Virus record (IMG/VR): IMGVR_UViG_3300050343_000177
Span: 1 to 64,000 of that record
From: a virus
Length of the DNA: 64,000 bases
Strand: one strand, 5' to 3'
The translations under genes and the position numbers were made by a program. Each line of letters starts with the position of its first letter. The first letter of the stretch is position 1. Shown piece by piece: positions 20,962-32,594 of the stretch. The notes below the pieces were generated by a model, which was given only the letters and a program-made list of their open reading frames with translations, ran no database searches and was not told where the DNA came from.

Positions 20962-21390
20962 TTAACTAATAAAGATTAGGTCCTCTTCAATCAACTGTTC
21001 CCAATTAACACGTGGGATATTCTCTAGCTGCTTAAGGTTTGCAAAACGCTCACCACTAAGTGACATCCGCATCTCTACAATCTTCTTAGCTGTTGCAAAG
21101 CCTACACCTGGTAGACGCTTCTGAATGTATTCAGCAGTGGCAGTGTTCAGATTGAGTCGTGTCTCTTCCAAAGGAACGACGCGATTAGGTGCTTCTTCTT
21201 CTTTAGTCTCAAGGATGGGAGCTGTCACTTTTGCTAGACGACCTTTGCCTTGTTCATATGGGACCATCTGCTCTAACGTCAAGTAAGTAACATTACCCGT
21301 GGCATCTCTCACCATTGCGTAATCTTTATCATGCTTACTAATGAACTCTACAAGCTTACCTGTTTTTGTGTCTTGGAATAGATTACTCAT
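20962..21390 (-). CDS. ComEA-like helix-hairpin-helix DNA-binding protein
   Basis: LNLNTAT..LPGVGFATAKKIVE.R..F..L.QL. Confidence 0.8.
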   Translation of the reverse strand: MSNLFQDTKTGKLVEFISKHDKDYAMVRDATGNVTYLTLEQMVPYEQGKGRLAKVTAPILETKEEEAPNRVVPLEETRLNLNTATAEYIQKRLPGVGFATAKKIVEMRMSLSGERFANLKQLENIPRVNWEQLIEEDLIFIS

Positions 21391-21436
21391 ATCAATTGTG
21401 TGTCTTGAATCATTCTAACTTCTTAAGTATAGGCAT

Positions 21437-21464
21437 AAAAAAGAGCCTCATTAGAGAGACTCTT
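21437..21464 (-). terminator. Terminator of the capsid operon
   Basis: Minus strand AAGAGTCTC-TCTAAT-GAGGCTCTTTTTT. Confidence 0.7.
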
Positions 21465-21480
21465 GTTTATATGAATTAGA

Positions 21481-22104
21481 TCAATAGCCTTGACCAGCTT
21501 CAGTTGCGAAAGGTACGTGAGCGTCCTCTACATCAGGAGCAGAGGCTGCGCGGTAGTAGCACACTTCAACCAGAAGGGCAGAAGGTGAATTACGGCAAGC
21601 ACCAGCAGAAGGATCCAACGAAGCAGTGAAGGCTGCGTCAGTTGTCAGCTCAATTGCAGTATCTGCAGATACAGGAGTTCCGCCAAGGATGTTACCAAGA
21701 GCAGATGTTGCGCCTTCTTCGGGGAAGTACAAATCAGCTTCAGCAGTAACAGCAACTGAGGTTGGAAGACCTGTAGCAGCTTTCACTACAACAGTGTCAC
21801 CAGCAGCATTGGCCTTTACGCCAGGTGCGGAAACAGCTGTGCGATATACAACAGAACCAGCAGGAACAACAAGGGCTTTATCCTTACGGGGCTTGTCATC
21901 TTGACGAAGGTCAGGTGACAGAACTTGTGCGGCATAATCGCCTGCTGCAAGTACACCGTTAGCATCAGTGACGTTGTCATTATCAGGGTTAAGTACAACC
22001 GCACCAACAGCGCGATAGAACTCAACCCCAGGAAGAGCCACACAACCTTGCTCGCGATATGCGTTCAAGTGGGCTACATAGTTACCGGGAAAAATTACGG
22101 ACAT
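21481..22104 (-). CDS. Capsid-associated/decoration protein
   Basis: Follows the MCP with an AGGAG RBS; start MSVIFPGNY. Confidence 0.6.
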   Translation of the reverse strand: MSVIFPGNYVAHLNAYREQGCVALPGVEFYRAVGAVVLNPDNDNVTDANGVLAAGDYAAQVLSPDLRQDDKPRKDKALVVPAGSVVYRTAVSAPGVKANAAGDTVVVKAATGLPTSVAVTAEADLYFPEEGATSALGNILGGTPVSADTAIELTTDAAFTASLDPSAGACRNSPSALLVEVCYYRAASAPDVEDAHVPFATEAGQGY

Positions 22105-22118
22105 AGTTAGTTCTCCTA

Positions 22119-23443
22119 TCAATATACGAAAGAGTAACCAACCGTAATGAAATCCTTATTAAGGGTTTCAAAACCGGCGAACAGACTCCAAATCATGATG
22201 ATGAATCGTGAGAAGTCATCATTGTTATTCAGAAGAATCTGAGCGTTGTTTCCACCGATGCCGACGCCGACAGCCTGAGGACCGAAGAAGATCAACTGAG
22301 CTGCATCATAATCAGCAGCACCAGCAACTTGCGTCAGTAATTGTCAGGTTGTACTGAGTCTCGGGAAGGTTGGTGGACTCGAACCAACGGACACCCTCAA
22401 AGAGGAAGCCAGTAGGCATTACAGGTTGACCGGCAACGAAGCCAGCTTGACCATATGCAGGACCCATTCCTTGGAAGAAGTTCGCAGAAGGACCAGCCAA
22501 TGGGTTCATGGGATCAGCCATGCCCTGACCGGGATAACGTGCGATTTCGCGGAAGTCACTGTTCTGACGCAGATGCATCATTGCAGTGGGGTCGACGATG
22601 CAACGGTAGTAACCATCAGCGAAGGTAGGAACGTTGCGCTTACGCATGTCCTTGACGACTTCGAGAAGGTCAGTACTGACATCGAACTTGGCAGATTCAC
22701 CAGAGGTATACTGAGCAATATCAGAAGCACCGGCTGCCTTTTCTTTACCACCGGGAAGGTAGTAACCGCCTTGCTCACTAGAAGACTTGCCACAGGCTTC
22801 AGCCTTGAGGAGTTCATTAGCGAAGACGCGATCGCGCCAACGACGGTAGTCATCAAGCAGCGTCAAGCTACCGATGGACTGGTGAAATACGTTGAGATTA
22901 CCGGTATCAAGCAGCAAGCGCTGAGCGGTGATCAGGGTCTCGCGAGCTACCTTGAAGGTAGAAGGCTGAGTGGTGTCGCGGGAATCAGCAGGGCCTGTAT
23001 ATTCCCTCAAAGTGACCAGCACTTTGTCCTTGACGATGTTGCGTGCGGAGGCGGATCCGAGAGTTTGATCAGCGGTGCGCTCACGGGACTCCTTAGTGCC
23101 GGGCTTGCCCCAGAAGCGGTAACGATCAAGCTGCACGGTTTGACCGGGCTGCTTACTAAAATCGTGAACGACTACTGGCTCAACTGCCATCTCAATGATG
23201 TAGGCAGGATGAGGGCGATAAAGTTCTGCACCAAGAAGCTTTCACAGGGTACCGACTATATCTTCACCTTTAAAAGGGCTGGACGCTTAATTAAGGAGAC
23301 TTTACTCCTCAGGTAGTCTGTGAACGTTCCTTAGGTGTACCTAAGGCTTCGCTGCTGATTGCCATATCTTTCGACTTAGGGTTCCAGCAATTCATCCAGT
23401 TTTAAAACGACCAAGTGTTTTACCAATCGTTATCAATCCACAT
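22119..23443 (-). CDS. Major capsid protein (N4-gp56-like), interrupted by a group I intron; frameshift near 22315
   Basis: AGGAG RBS; exon 1 MWIDND (23443-23426); exon 2 KLLGAELYRPHPAY..QPGQTVQLDRY..FEGVRWFESTN..FFGPQAVG..SFVY*. Confidence 0.85.
23242..23425 (-). ncRNA. Group I intron (IA-like, ORF-less; P9 and 3' splice site apparently missing)
   Basis: P1 AACGAT/GTCGTT with U-G pair; P3 CTGGATG/CGTCCAG; P AATTGCTGGAA; Q AATCAGCAG; R TCACAGACTA; P7.1 GAGGAG/CTCCTT; S GAAGATATAGTC. Confidence 0.9.
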
Positions 23444-23564
23444 TTCTGGGATAACTCCTAAACTAAAAGGTTTATAAGTGACTTCGACGTGTCACATAAT
23501 ACGATATTAATAGTTATATTAAAGAAGTAGTTGATGTATACCGAAGCCTCGGTGTAAAGAGAGT

Positions 23565-24080
23565 ATGTCAGAATTTATTGATGTCAAAGAATGGGTACCA
23601 GTTCATACACTTCCAGGGTTCGAATGCTGCATTGAATATTATGTATCTCACGATGGAAGGGTTATGTCAACTAAAGGTGGCAAAGAGAAAATCCTCAAAG
23701 GAGCTGTTATTAAAAATGGCTATCACAAAGTCACACTTCAGCAACGATTAGGGCAGAAAGGAGAAATTCAACCCTATGTTCATACACTTGTAGCCCTTGC
23801 GTTTTTACCACCTCCACCTTCTCCTATAGGACGTACACGTGGTTCATCTGTTGTGGATCACAAAGACGAGAACAAGTTAAACAACTGTGTGTCTAATCTT
23901 CACTGGATTTCTGTCAAGGAAAATATATGCAAACATCCATATCGTAAATTTCAATCAACTCAAAAGACGGATGATGAAGTTCTTGTTCAACAGTGCAGGA
24001 ATCGATATTCACATAAGATGGCTGTACGTCGTCAAAGAGAGAAACAAAAAGCGGTTAAAATAGTAGAAAGTGATAATTAA
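23565..24080 (+). CDS. NUMOD4-HNH homing endonuclease, free-standing
   Basis: EW.PV..Y.VS..GRV.S; VHTLVA.AF; VDHKDENKLNN.VSNL.W. Confidence 0.85.
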   Translation: MSEFIDVKEWVPVHTLPGFECCIEYYVSHDGRVMSTKGGKEKILKGAVIKNGYHKVTLQQRLGQKGEIQPYVHTLVALAFLPPPPSPIGRTRGSSVVDHKDENKLNNCVSNLHWISVKENICKHPYRKFQSTQKTDDEVLVQQCRNRYSHKMAVRRQREKQKAVKIVESDN

Positions 24081-24750
24081 AAAAATGTCAGATAGTCTCG
24101 TATTAACTGGTGTCAAAGATGTCAGGAAGCACACTGGCACTGAGATGCTTCGTCTTAATCCAAAGGGTGGTGGTGATACTTTCTCTGTTAAGCGTTGGTG
24201 GGTTGCTGGTGGTATTAACACCTGCTATGAACCTTGTACTGTCTTCAATGTGACGACTGCTGCTGGCACAGTAAAGCTTGCTCTTGCTACTAAAGCAGAA
24301 GGCTCACGTGTTCGTATTGACCACGATGGTTCTTTTAACTTCAGCTTCTTTGGTGCTGGTGAAATCACACGTGCTGCACTCTTTACTGATGCTTTTGAAA
24401 TCATTGAGCATTACGTATTCCCCAGTATCTCTGGTGGTAAAGTAATGACCGTAACTCCAGCTGGTGGTGCTAGTCGTCCTGTCCCTGGTCCACCTCCGAA
24501 GACATTTACTGGTGTAACACTCACAGGTGCTGATACTGCAACTGATGCTGATACTGAAAGTTACACCGCTAGTAAGACTGGAACTGCTACTGACGTAACC
24601 TACGTCCTTACTTCTGATGATTCCAATGATGTAGTCTCTACTCTCGATGTAGAGTTTAATGGAACAGGCTCACGTGTTCTCACTTTGACTGGCTCTTCTA
24701 CTGAAGTTGGTAACAGTCAGACAGATACGATTACAGTTGTTGTTAGCTGA
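24070..24750 (+). CDS. Virion-like protein with Thr-rich Ig-like C-terminus
   Basis: 226 aa; PVPGPPP linker. Confidence 0.55.
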   Translation: MIIKKMSDSLVLTGVKDVRKHTGTEMLRLNPKGGGDTFSVKRWWVAGGINTCYEPCTVFNVTTAAGTVKLALATKAEGSRVRIDHDGSFNFSFFGAGEITRAALFTDAFEIIEHYVFPSISGGKVMTVTPAGGASRPVPGPPPKTFTGVTLTGADTATDADTESYTASKTGTATDVTYVLTSDDSNDVVSTLDVEFNGTGSRVLTLTGSSTEVGNSQTDTITVVVS

Positions 24751-25420
24751 TTCGTCTAGCGATATACCGGCGTTCATCGTCGGTTAATTTTTCTTCTTTA
24801 ACATACATATCTCCCACTAAGCAATCGACGTTATACGAAAGTCTCCTTGTATTACGTGCGTGAAAGCCTATATAAAAGAAATCATTCTCTCGGATATACA
24901 TCCGATCGTATGGGTGCTCTTCCCTATCTGCTGTATACAGCCTCACATCTAACCAGCTATCAATATACTTATTGCCTGTTTTAAGATTATTTAAATCAAT
25001 ACTCAGCAGTCCACCAAACTTACGATAAATACCCATCCTAAATCTTGCGGGTAAATACGTATTGACTACCGTTAGATCTTCATTCAATAGAAGCTCTGCA
25101 CTCTCCCATCCAGTATCTTCTTCATTTCTTTTAGAAATTACAGCACATTCCCAACCTTCTTCTTCAAAGCATTTACCAGCTGCAGTTGGATCAAGTTTTA
25201 CATTAACTTTGACAAAGTAATTCTCTGCACCAAACAGACCAACACTGTCTCGATACTTCAGTGTGAAAGGAATGTAGCTTACACTTACATTCTCAGGCCG
25301 TGTGATAGATGGACCGTTGACATAATTCAACGAACGGCTGCTAGATAATCCAGCCGGAGCTGTGTTATCACTGGAGCCATATAACATTGTATTACGTAGG
25401 ATCTCTGCGGTAACGTCCAT
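24743..25420 (-). CDS. Hypothetical protein
   Basis: 225-aa ORF. Confidence 0.6.
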   Translation of the reverse strand: MDVTAEILRNTMLYGSSDNTAPAGLSSSRSLNYVNGPSITRPENVSVSYIPFTLKYRDSVGLFGAENYFVKVNVKLDPTAAGKCFEEEGWECAVISKRNEEDTGWESAELLLNEDLTVVNTYLPARFRMGIYRKFGGLLSIDLNNLKTGNKYIDSWLDVRLYTADREEHPYDRMYIRENDFFYIGFHARNTRRLSYNVDCLVGDMYVKEEKLTDDERRYIARRIS

Positions 25421-25449
25421 CTTCCATTGGCGCTCTTTCTTCTATTGTA

Positions 25450-26392
25450 TTAGAGATACTCAGATACCATATCACCACGTGTTTTAAGCTCACGTAATGC
25501 TTTATGCTCCAATGTTCTTACTCGGTCACGGCTCATATTAAGCAGTTGACCAATTGCTGTCATTGACATTGGCTCAAGATACTTCTTCACCAATTCCATA
25601 ACGCATACTGATCACAGCAGCTTGCATTTCAGGTAAGTCTGCAATCAACTCTCGCATATCTTCCTTGATACAGTTACGCTCAAGAATCATCTCTGGTAAC
25701 TGTGTCTCGTCTTCAAGCAGGTCGATCAATGCTGTGTCACGGTTCTCACCAATCTTGATTTCAAGTGATGTTGGCTGACGTGCCTTACACATCAAATCTT
25801 TAATCTCATCAACTGTTAGCTCAAGATGATCGGACAGCTGGAAGACAGATGGCATATAACCATTCATCTGACTAAGCTCACGCTGTGCTTTCTTTCAGCT
25901 TGTTTAAGATTCTCAGTAACGTGGATAGGAAGTCTGATGGCACGGGACTTTTCAGCGATTGCCCTTGTAATACCTTGGCGAATCCACCAATAAGCATAAG
26001 TGCTAAATTTGTAGCCACGACCAGGGTCAAACTTTTCAACGCCACGGACGAGACCAATCGTTCCTTCTTGGATGATGTCCAAGAGTTCCATATTTCTCTT
26101 CGTGTATTTTTTGGCAACAGAAACCACGAGACGAAGGTTAGCTGTGACCATCTTCTCTTTGCTTTCTTGCCATCACGTATATCTCTCGTTTGATTTGCTT
26201 CATGGTCAAATCATAGCATCTGTGCTATCCTTGATTCATCAAGAGATAGCTCTTTGCGTTACTCTTCTAGTTCCATCAATCGTTGAACTTTACGACCTAG
26301 AAGATTTCTTCGTCGTGCTCAAGTAATGGAATGCGTCCAATGTCACGTAGATATGAACGTACTGAATCGCCTGAAAGTCTTGGTTGTGCCAT
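25450..26392 (-). CDS. RNA polymerase sigma70 factor, cyanobacterial group-2-like (frameshifted)
   Basis: Region 1.2 [16 protein letters not shown]; 2.1 [13 protein letters not shown]; 2.2-2.4 [22 protein letters not shown]; region 4 [13 protein letters not shown]. Confidence 0.93.
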
Positions 26393-26446
26393 ATAGTTCT
26401 GTCGCTACTTATTAATCATAGCCTCTAATTCTAGCTACGTCAACAC

Positions 26447-26734
26447 TTAACCGCGCATTCTTGCAAACCTAAGTGACTCATTAGGTGCCTCTTCTCTACC
26501 TTCTAATGCTTCTACTGCCATAGCTTGTGCAGCATGTTCGTTAAACCCTTTGGACTTATAGTTATCTTCGTATTGCTGATACTTTTCTACTGAACCTTCG
26601 AAGTCATCGTGTGTAATCATCTCTGCTGCCATTTGATTAGCAGCTTGATCTGGAATACCATCTGACTTTAGATGTTTCCAGATATTCTGATATAGTTCAG
26701 GAGTTACCTCTTCGCCAGCTTTGCGAATACTCAC
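26447..26734 (-). CDS. Small protein with RKAG motif and an internal duplication
   Basis: KSDGIPDQAANQMAAE / KSKGFNEHAAQAMAVE. Confidence 0.6.
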   Translation of the reverse strand: MSIRKAGEEVTPELYQNIWKHLKSDGIPDQAANQMAAEMITHDDFEGSVEKYQQYEDNYKSKGFNEHAAQAMAVEALEGREEAPNESLRFARMRG

Positions 26735-26814
26735 AACAATTACTAATCAGACTATTAATATTGTAGTCAATTGATTACATATACTGGTTCTTAGTAGCAA
26801 CTTCACCACCAAGG

Positions 26815-27190
26815 TCAGGGCTCATACCCAGCTGCCATTGCTTTACCGTTAGCAATACCGTGCATAAACTTAGCTTTCTCAGGTGATTGCATCACTGAAT
26901 TCATCTTCATCAGTGCAGAGCCAGACTGATTGGCATACAGTGCTTCTGACATACGCTCGGCAGCAAACAGTTGTGCTTTTGCTTCTTGCATCAGATCCTG
27001 CAGCAGTCTGACTACGGACTTGGCCCATTGCATTAGCAGCTGCTTGAGGTGCAGCACTGCCAATGTTTTGCAATTGATTCTGTTCAGCAAGACGCTGATT
27101 GTTATATGGCTGTGTATTCACAGAAGGCTTAGACGCGCCACCTAGGTCATATGCATTCGGACCAGGACGAACAGGACTTTTCATATCCAC
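26815..27190 (-). CDS. Hypothetical Q/A-rich protein (frameshifted)
   Basis: Overlapping ORFs 26879-27190 and 26815-27090. Confidence 0.5.
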
Positions 27191-27315
27191 CTAGGCCTCT
27201 CTGCATAGAGGACATTCCTAGGGTTTCCTGTGCAACTGAATAAGGTGATTCATTACTTAATACCGTTCTATATATCTATTGTAAGGGGACTGAATAAACA
27301 ATCCCCTAACAGTTA

Positions 27316-28222
27316 TCAGCCCTCTTGGACGAGCATCTTGGCTTGCAGTGCACCCTGTGGTGCCTGTGCCAAATACTTCCAAGCATTCTCAGGGTTGTTA
27401 TCCATCATCTGACCGAAGCCACCCCAGAAGTCATTAGCCTGATTCACCTGACGACCAGGTGTAGGCATTGCCATCTCAGGACGCTGGAAGTTCTGAGGAA
27501 CGTTATTCTGCTCTTGTGCACGAATCTCAGTTCTCGAACTGATCGCGAGCTTGCATACTGCTGCATCTGATACTGCCTCTTCTGCAGTAGGAGTTGGATA
27601 AGGACCTTCAGGACCATAGAAGTCATTGACGTAGTCAGCAAGCACGTCTGGGTCAGTCAGCATGAGGTTCATTGCTGCACGCTCTTCACCAGCTGCTTCA
27701 AGCATCAGTGATTGAGACTTGGACAGCTTGAACTTGCTCGATCAGTGCATCTTCTACAGCACAGGCATACTGGTTAAGAAGCACAGGGAGCTTCTGCACC
27801 GAAGTGCTCAAGAACTTCAAGACTTGCGTCGCTGATCTGACTTAGATACGCGTCGCTTACCGCCTCTTGTTTGAGGCTGAAGGCCCTGCATTGGAGCCTG
27901 GGCCGTATAAGCCTGGGGTTGAAACTTGGGGACTGTAGGTCGGCTGCGCCGAAGGCACCGACATTTGCTTGGGGAGTTGAAGCCCAATTGACTTGTTGAG
28001 AAGCCTGCGTTGTCGGAGTCTGGTATGCCGAGTACGGAACCTGGGTTTGGGAGGGGCTGCTTGTATTCAAGCTTGCGCTGAGCGCCTGGAACGCCTCCTG
28101 CCATGGATTGCCCTGTGGTGCCGAAGCCTGCTGCGCCTGGGCCGGTGCCTGGTAAGTTGGCCGGAATTTGTGGGACCTGGTGCCTGGACCTGATAGGCCT
28201 GCGAGATTTGGGGCTGGCTCAT
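27316..28222 (-). CDS. Putative scaffolding protein (frameshifted)
   Basis: P/Q/A-rich N-terminus, NPWQEAFQAL, coiled coil, LTDPDVLADY; directly after the portal. Confidence 0.6.
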
Positions 28223-30040
28223 CCCTGGTTGGGAGACCGATGCCTGGATGCGGCGCTCGTCGGCATCGGAGAGCTTGTCGGGGCTTGGGCCGGAATCGCT
28301 TGGTTTGTAGCTTCCACTGTAACTTAACTCCTTACGTAAAAATTCGAGTGATCTATATAAGAACCCTGTGATATCAAGATTCGGATCAGATGCCAATGGC
28401 AAATCTGGCGTCTGTGGGTGTGGTAGTTGATAAAGACTACCGAGTAATCCAATGAATGAATTTAAAGACTGTTGCGTTTGTTGAACCATCCTGAACGGAT
28501 AGCCTGAAAGCATTGCTGCTCTCTCTTCATCCGTTTTATTTGGGAATAGATACTTAAGTGCTTCAATAGAATCGACACCTAATTCTTGAAGATTTCGGAC
28601 GACAATACTGTTATTAAGAATGTCATCTGTACCTTCTTCAAATACTTCTCCCATCCAACGCCAGCTAACTTTAGTGCTACCGTCAGGAACTAATCCAACT
28701 ACTCCTGGAGGCATTTCGCCTGACTCAAGTGTAGCACGGATGTTTTCTTCTCTTTGTTGAATAAACTTCTGAATATCTTTCTGATATTTCTCCATTGCTT
28801 TCGTAAATGCTTCTTCATCACCAAACTCTTCAGGCAATGGAATCTCTGGTTTTTGACAAGACCAATCGCTACTGCAAATGATCTTGGAACATCTTCTCTT
28901 CATGATTAATCATTAATGAAACAACTTACATAGACCGTAAGTGAAAAGACCTTTTGCTTTTTTCTCTGCTGTAGCTGCTACACGACCATAGAGTGTCTTG
29001 ATTTCATAAGCAGTACCAGCAGTACCGATGTCAAGGTCATCTACACCGCCTAGTGCTAGACGAATCTCTGATCTGTAGTTCTTGACATATAGATTCTGGT
29101 CACCAGACACACTATCGGGTGTCATGTACTGAACACGGTCAGTTGGTTCAAGGTTTGCAATAACACGTGGGACTTTGATCTGTCCATCAACTGAACGCCC
29201 ACCAAACGGCTGACTGACACGAGTGCTGTGCATTGACCCACCAGTCATTGGTGCAAATCCTGCTTGTGAACTAATCGTTGGCTTGAAACTACTCTCGTCA
29301 CCAGACTCAATCAGGTCGTGACGTGGGCGACTTGATACCAGTGTTGGGTTACCAAAGAACTTGAGGTTCTTACGAATGTTTCTGGTTAGCTCATCGTGAT
29401 ACAGAATCTGATGTGCAAGCCAATCGAACTCACCATTACCAGTTGCTTCACCTGTGCAATCCATATGATTGAACACTTCAACTGCTGGAATGAATCCAAG
29501 TGAGTTTGTCAGAGTCTCTGTAGACCCTGGCATATTCATAGGCAGTGACCGTTCTCATTATCAAACTCAATCTTCTCATCAGAGATTGTTTGTTCGATCC
29601 TGTCTTGTAAACTTTCAGTCGAATATACTTTTTCTTACCACCACGACTTGTTGCATTGTCGCATATGCACCAAGCGTTTGATTGCTTTACTGCAAAGCTA
29701 TAGACAAGCACGATGCTTTCTAATTCATTATTCTGATCTCGATATGCTCTATAACTATCTTTTGGGAAATACAGAAGTTGATAATCATCACCTGTTGGCC
29801 TGAAGTAAAATAACCCTTGACCGTCACATAAGAAGTAATCAACAATACTGTCGAGCTTCATATCAAGCATGTTGTGCTCACATACTTGTTTTATAAACTC
29901 TCGACGTTTACCATATGAATCTTGTTCAGCAAAGAATTCAATTCCTCGACGCAGCATAAACATCCGCATCTGTGCTAGATGGGAAGACACAATCATGCTG
30001 TCTACAGACAGATCACCCCTACGCTCTTTAGCTGCAGTAA
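28190..30040 (-). CDS. Portal protein (frameshifted; ends approximate)
   Basis: ~600 aa in pieces after the terminase; NSLGFIPAVE, TAYEIKTLYGR, V.WRW. Confidence 0.75.
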
Positions 30041-30089
30041 GATTTGTTGAAATCTCTGTCTGTACTTGAACTTGCTTACATATTTCATT

Positions 30090-31589
30090 CCTATGCACCA
30101 CGTCTTAATAATCCACCCATCGTAAGCACCATAGAATCTACAGCATCATCATGCTGTGAATGTCCGAAATTAATAGTTCATCTTCAAGGATATTCCACTT
30201 ACGCCATTTGTTCCATACACTTTTTATGTTCATACAACCAAGCACTCCACGTAATCTTGCTAGTTTGTCTCCTTTAAATCCTTTCACTGGTGAGCATGCA
30301 AGGTTATATAAAGCACGTTGCTCAAACATCACACGTTTAAAGTCACCTTCAAATGATGTCTGATATGCAACAGCTTCTGGCCATATCATGCACGGCGACA
30401 TCGTAGGGAACCATTGACCTTCATCGTTTTCAAGCAAGATGTTCCAGTCAGATAAGCATCTCACATAAAGTATCCATCTTCTCTAGATTGCCCATTGTTC
30501 GTGACCGACGTTGGTCAATGAGATATATCTTTCCGTCTTTGATGCCACCTAGTGTCATTACAGTCCAGTCATTCTTTTCGCTTAGGCCAGCACTAAGGTC
30601 AATACCTACGCCTAAGCAGTCATAATCTTCTGGGACTACATCTTTGACAATCAGTTCTGGTGAGATACCGACGTCTGCATTACGAACTGCTGTATTGAGA
30701 TACTGATATGCAAAGGCAACACGATCTTCCATCTTGCGTTCGTTTAGATACTTCATTGACCAGAACTCTGGCCAGTACGAACGTTGCCTACCGTCAGCGT
30801 CTGTTATGACAGCTTTCTGTACAATCTGTTTCCAGTTGTTCTTGGGGACAAAGAGAGTGGCGTGAATATCGTCAAAGTGGAAGCGGGTTCCCAAACAGAT
30901 AGCCCGTGCACCTTGGAACATCGTTGGTGCGATAACGTTAGACCACGTCTGCTCCATCTCACGGCGAATGTCTGGGTTGTTGATTGAAGCGGCAGATTTG
31001 ATAGGGTCATCAATAAGCACCAGCTGCGATCGTTTAGAGGTGATTGCACCTTTGAGACCACCACACGCAATTGTGAAAGCTTCTTCACCTGCTGTGTCAA
31101 TGCCTGCAAAATCATAGTCAATACTCCAGTATTCATCTGAACGTTTAATCTTTGAAAGTCTCACCATTGGAAAGACTTCACGGTATTTATTACTTGTCAA
31201 AATACCTTTAATGGTTGCACTCTTTGCTCGACTGATGTCAACCATGTATGCAATATATAGTATACGCAACATCTGCTTTGCTGCGGTATGTCTACCAATC
31301 ATCCATGCTGCAAATAGTCCAAGCACTGTTGACTTAGCTGAACCACGTGGTGCAAGGATTGCAGTATTAGGTCCACCAATGCCCATCAAGCATTCACTAT
31401 CTACACCAGTACATAACTCTGCGTGCCACTCACGCATATGATTAGCAGGAGCTTTACCCATAAATACACAGAAGTCTTTGAAGTCATCTCGTGCTCTAAT
31501 ACTTCTGGTGATGGTGGCTTAGTTGTTACTTTAGTTGCCGTCATTAATGCTGAACGACGATAAGCTAATGCTGCACTTGGTATTGCCAT
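30090..31589 (-). CDS. terL: Terminase large subunit (frameshifted)
   Basis: Walker A APRGSAKST, Walker B LVLIDDP, GTRFH, nuclease GIDL..DWT, HDDAVDS. Confidence 0.9.
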
Positions 31590-31612
31590 ACAGTTAGACC
31601 TTTAGGTTCAGT

Positions 31613-32014
31613 CTAACGATATAATTCTGTTCCCATCCCTAATACATCACGAGCATTTCTCAATATCGTACTTCTCTTAAAGCGTGCTGAGCGTCCCTGT
31701 CCTTTACTCAGTCGGTTGTCTGCATTTGATGCTCTCTCCGATTGCTTCTGTGCTTGACGTCCTCTAGCTTTGGCTATTGCTTTACTTCTTGCAGATTGTT
31801 GACGAGAGATATCGTAGACATATCTCATATCATTCATTAACTCCGCAGCTTCTATCTGTCTGTTATTAGTGAAGGCCAGATTATCTAAGTCACCAGATGG
31901 CATACCTGGCAGGCGTTTTGCAAGAGTACCTTCTAATCGTAAAGTGCCTGTACTGGCATCCTTGATTTCTGCCATCTCAGGCAGCTCTCTGCGAGAATTG
32001 ACTGGAAGGTGCAT
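31613..32014 (-). CDS. Hypothetical basic protein
   Basis: 133-aa ORF upstream of terL. Confidence 0.55.
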   Translation of the reverse strand: MHLPVNSRRELPEMAEIKDASTGTLRLEGTLAKRLPGMPSGDLDNLAFTNNRQIEAAELMNDMRYVYDISRQQSARSKAIAKARGRQAQKQSERASNADNRLSKGQGRSARFKRSTILRNARDVLGMGTELYR

Positions 32015-32053
32015 AAGTCCCCTCCATCGCTTGAATAGTAGATGCGCCGTACA

Positions 32054-32594
32054 TTATGTGTTACTCAGTTCACTATAGATTTTGGACCACACTGCATTGA
32101 TTGCATTCTCAATAGGTTCAGCAAACTGTGGGTCATCTTTGAAGATACCTGTTAGTTCACGCATCACACGGTCAGCACCAGCAAGCACTAGTCCACGCTT
32201 ATCTGTTGTGCGATTCATCTTGTCCGACGTTTCGATGTGACTACGGAGTTCTTTCTCCAAGGCAGCAAGGCGTTGGCAGCCATTGTCAGCTTTGACTTCG
32301 CCTGAGGTAATTGCCATTCGAAGCTCTTGTATATCGGAGTGAAGAGCAGCAATTTCGCTATTAAGTATTTCACGTCGGTTGAGCTTCTTATACTTCATCT
32401 TTGACCCAACGACTTAGATCATTGAACGAACCTGGGTATTGAAGGATTCCTGCATATACCCAAATTTCAATCACACTTGGAGTGACTTCAGCAAATTCTT
32501 TGAAGTCTTCACTTTCAGCAGCAGGTAGTGTATCTAGCCATTGGTCTACATAGGTGAGGTATACCTTCCCCCCAGTTGCTTCTTTGGTAGGCAT
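32054..32594 (-). CDS. Helical protein, possible terminase small subunit (frameshifted)
   Basis: ORFs 32388-32594 and 32054-32398 join; position upstream of terL. Confidence 0.45.

Noticed and set aside
22426-23316. 296-aa + strand ORF and similar long antisense ORFs (7124, 13784, 59143)
   Set aside because: Shadows of well-supported genes on the other strand or frame
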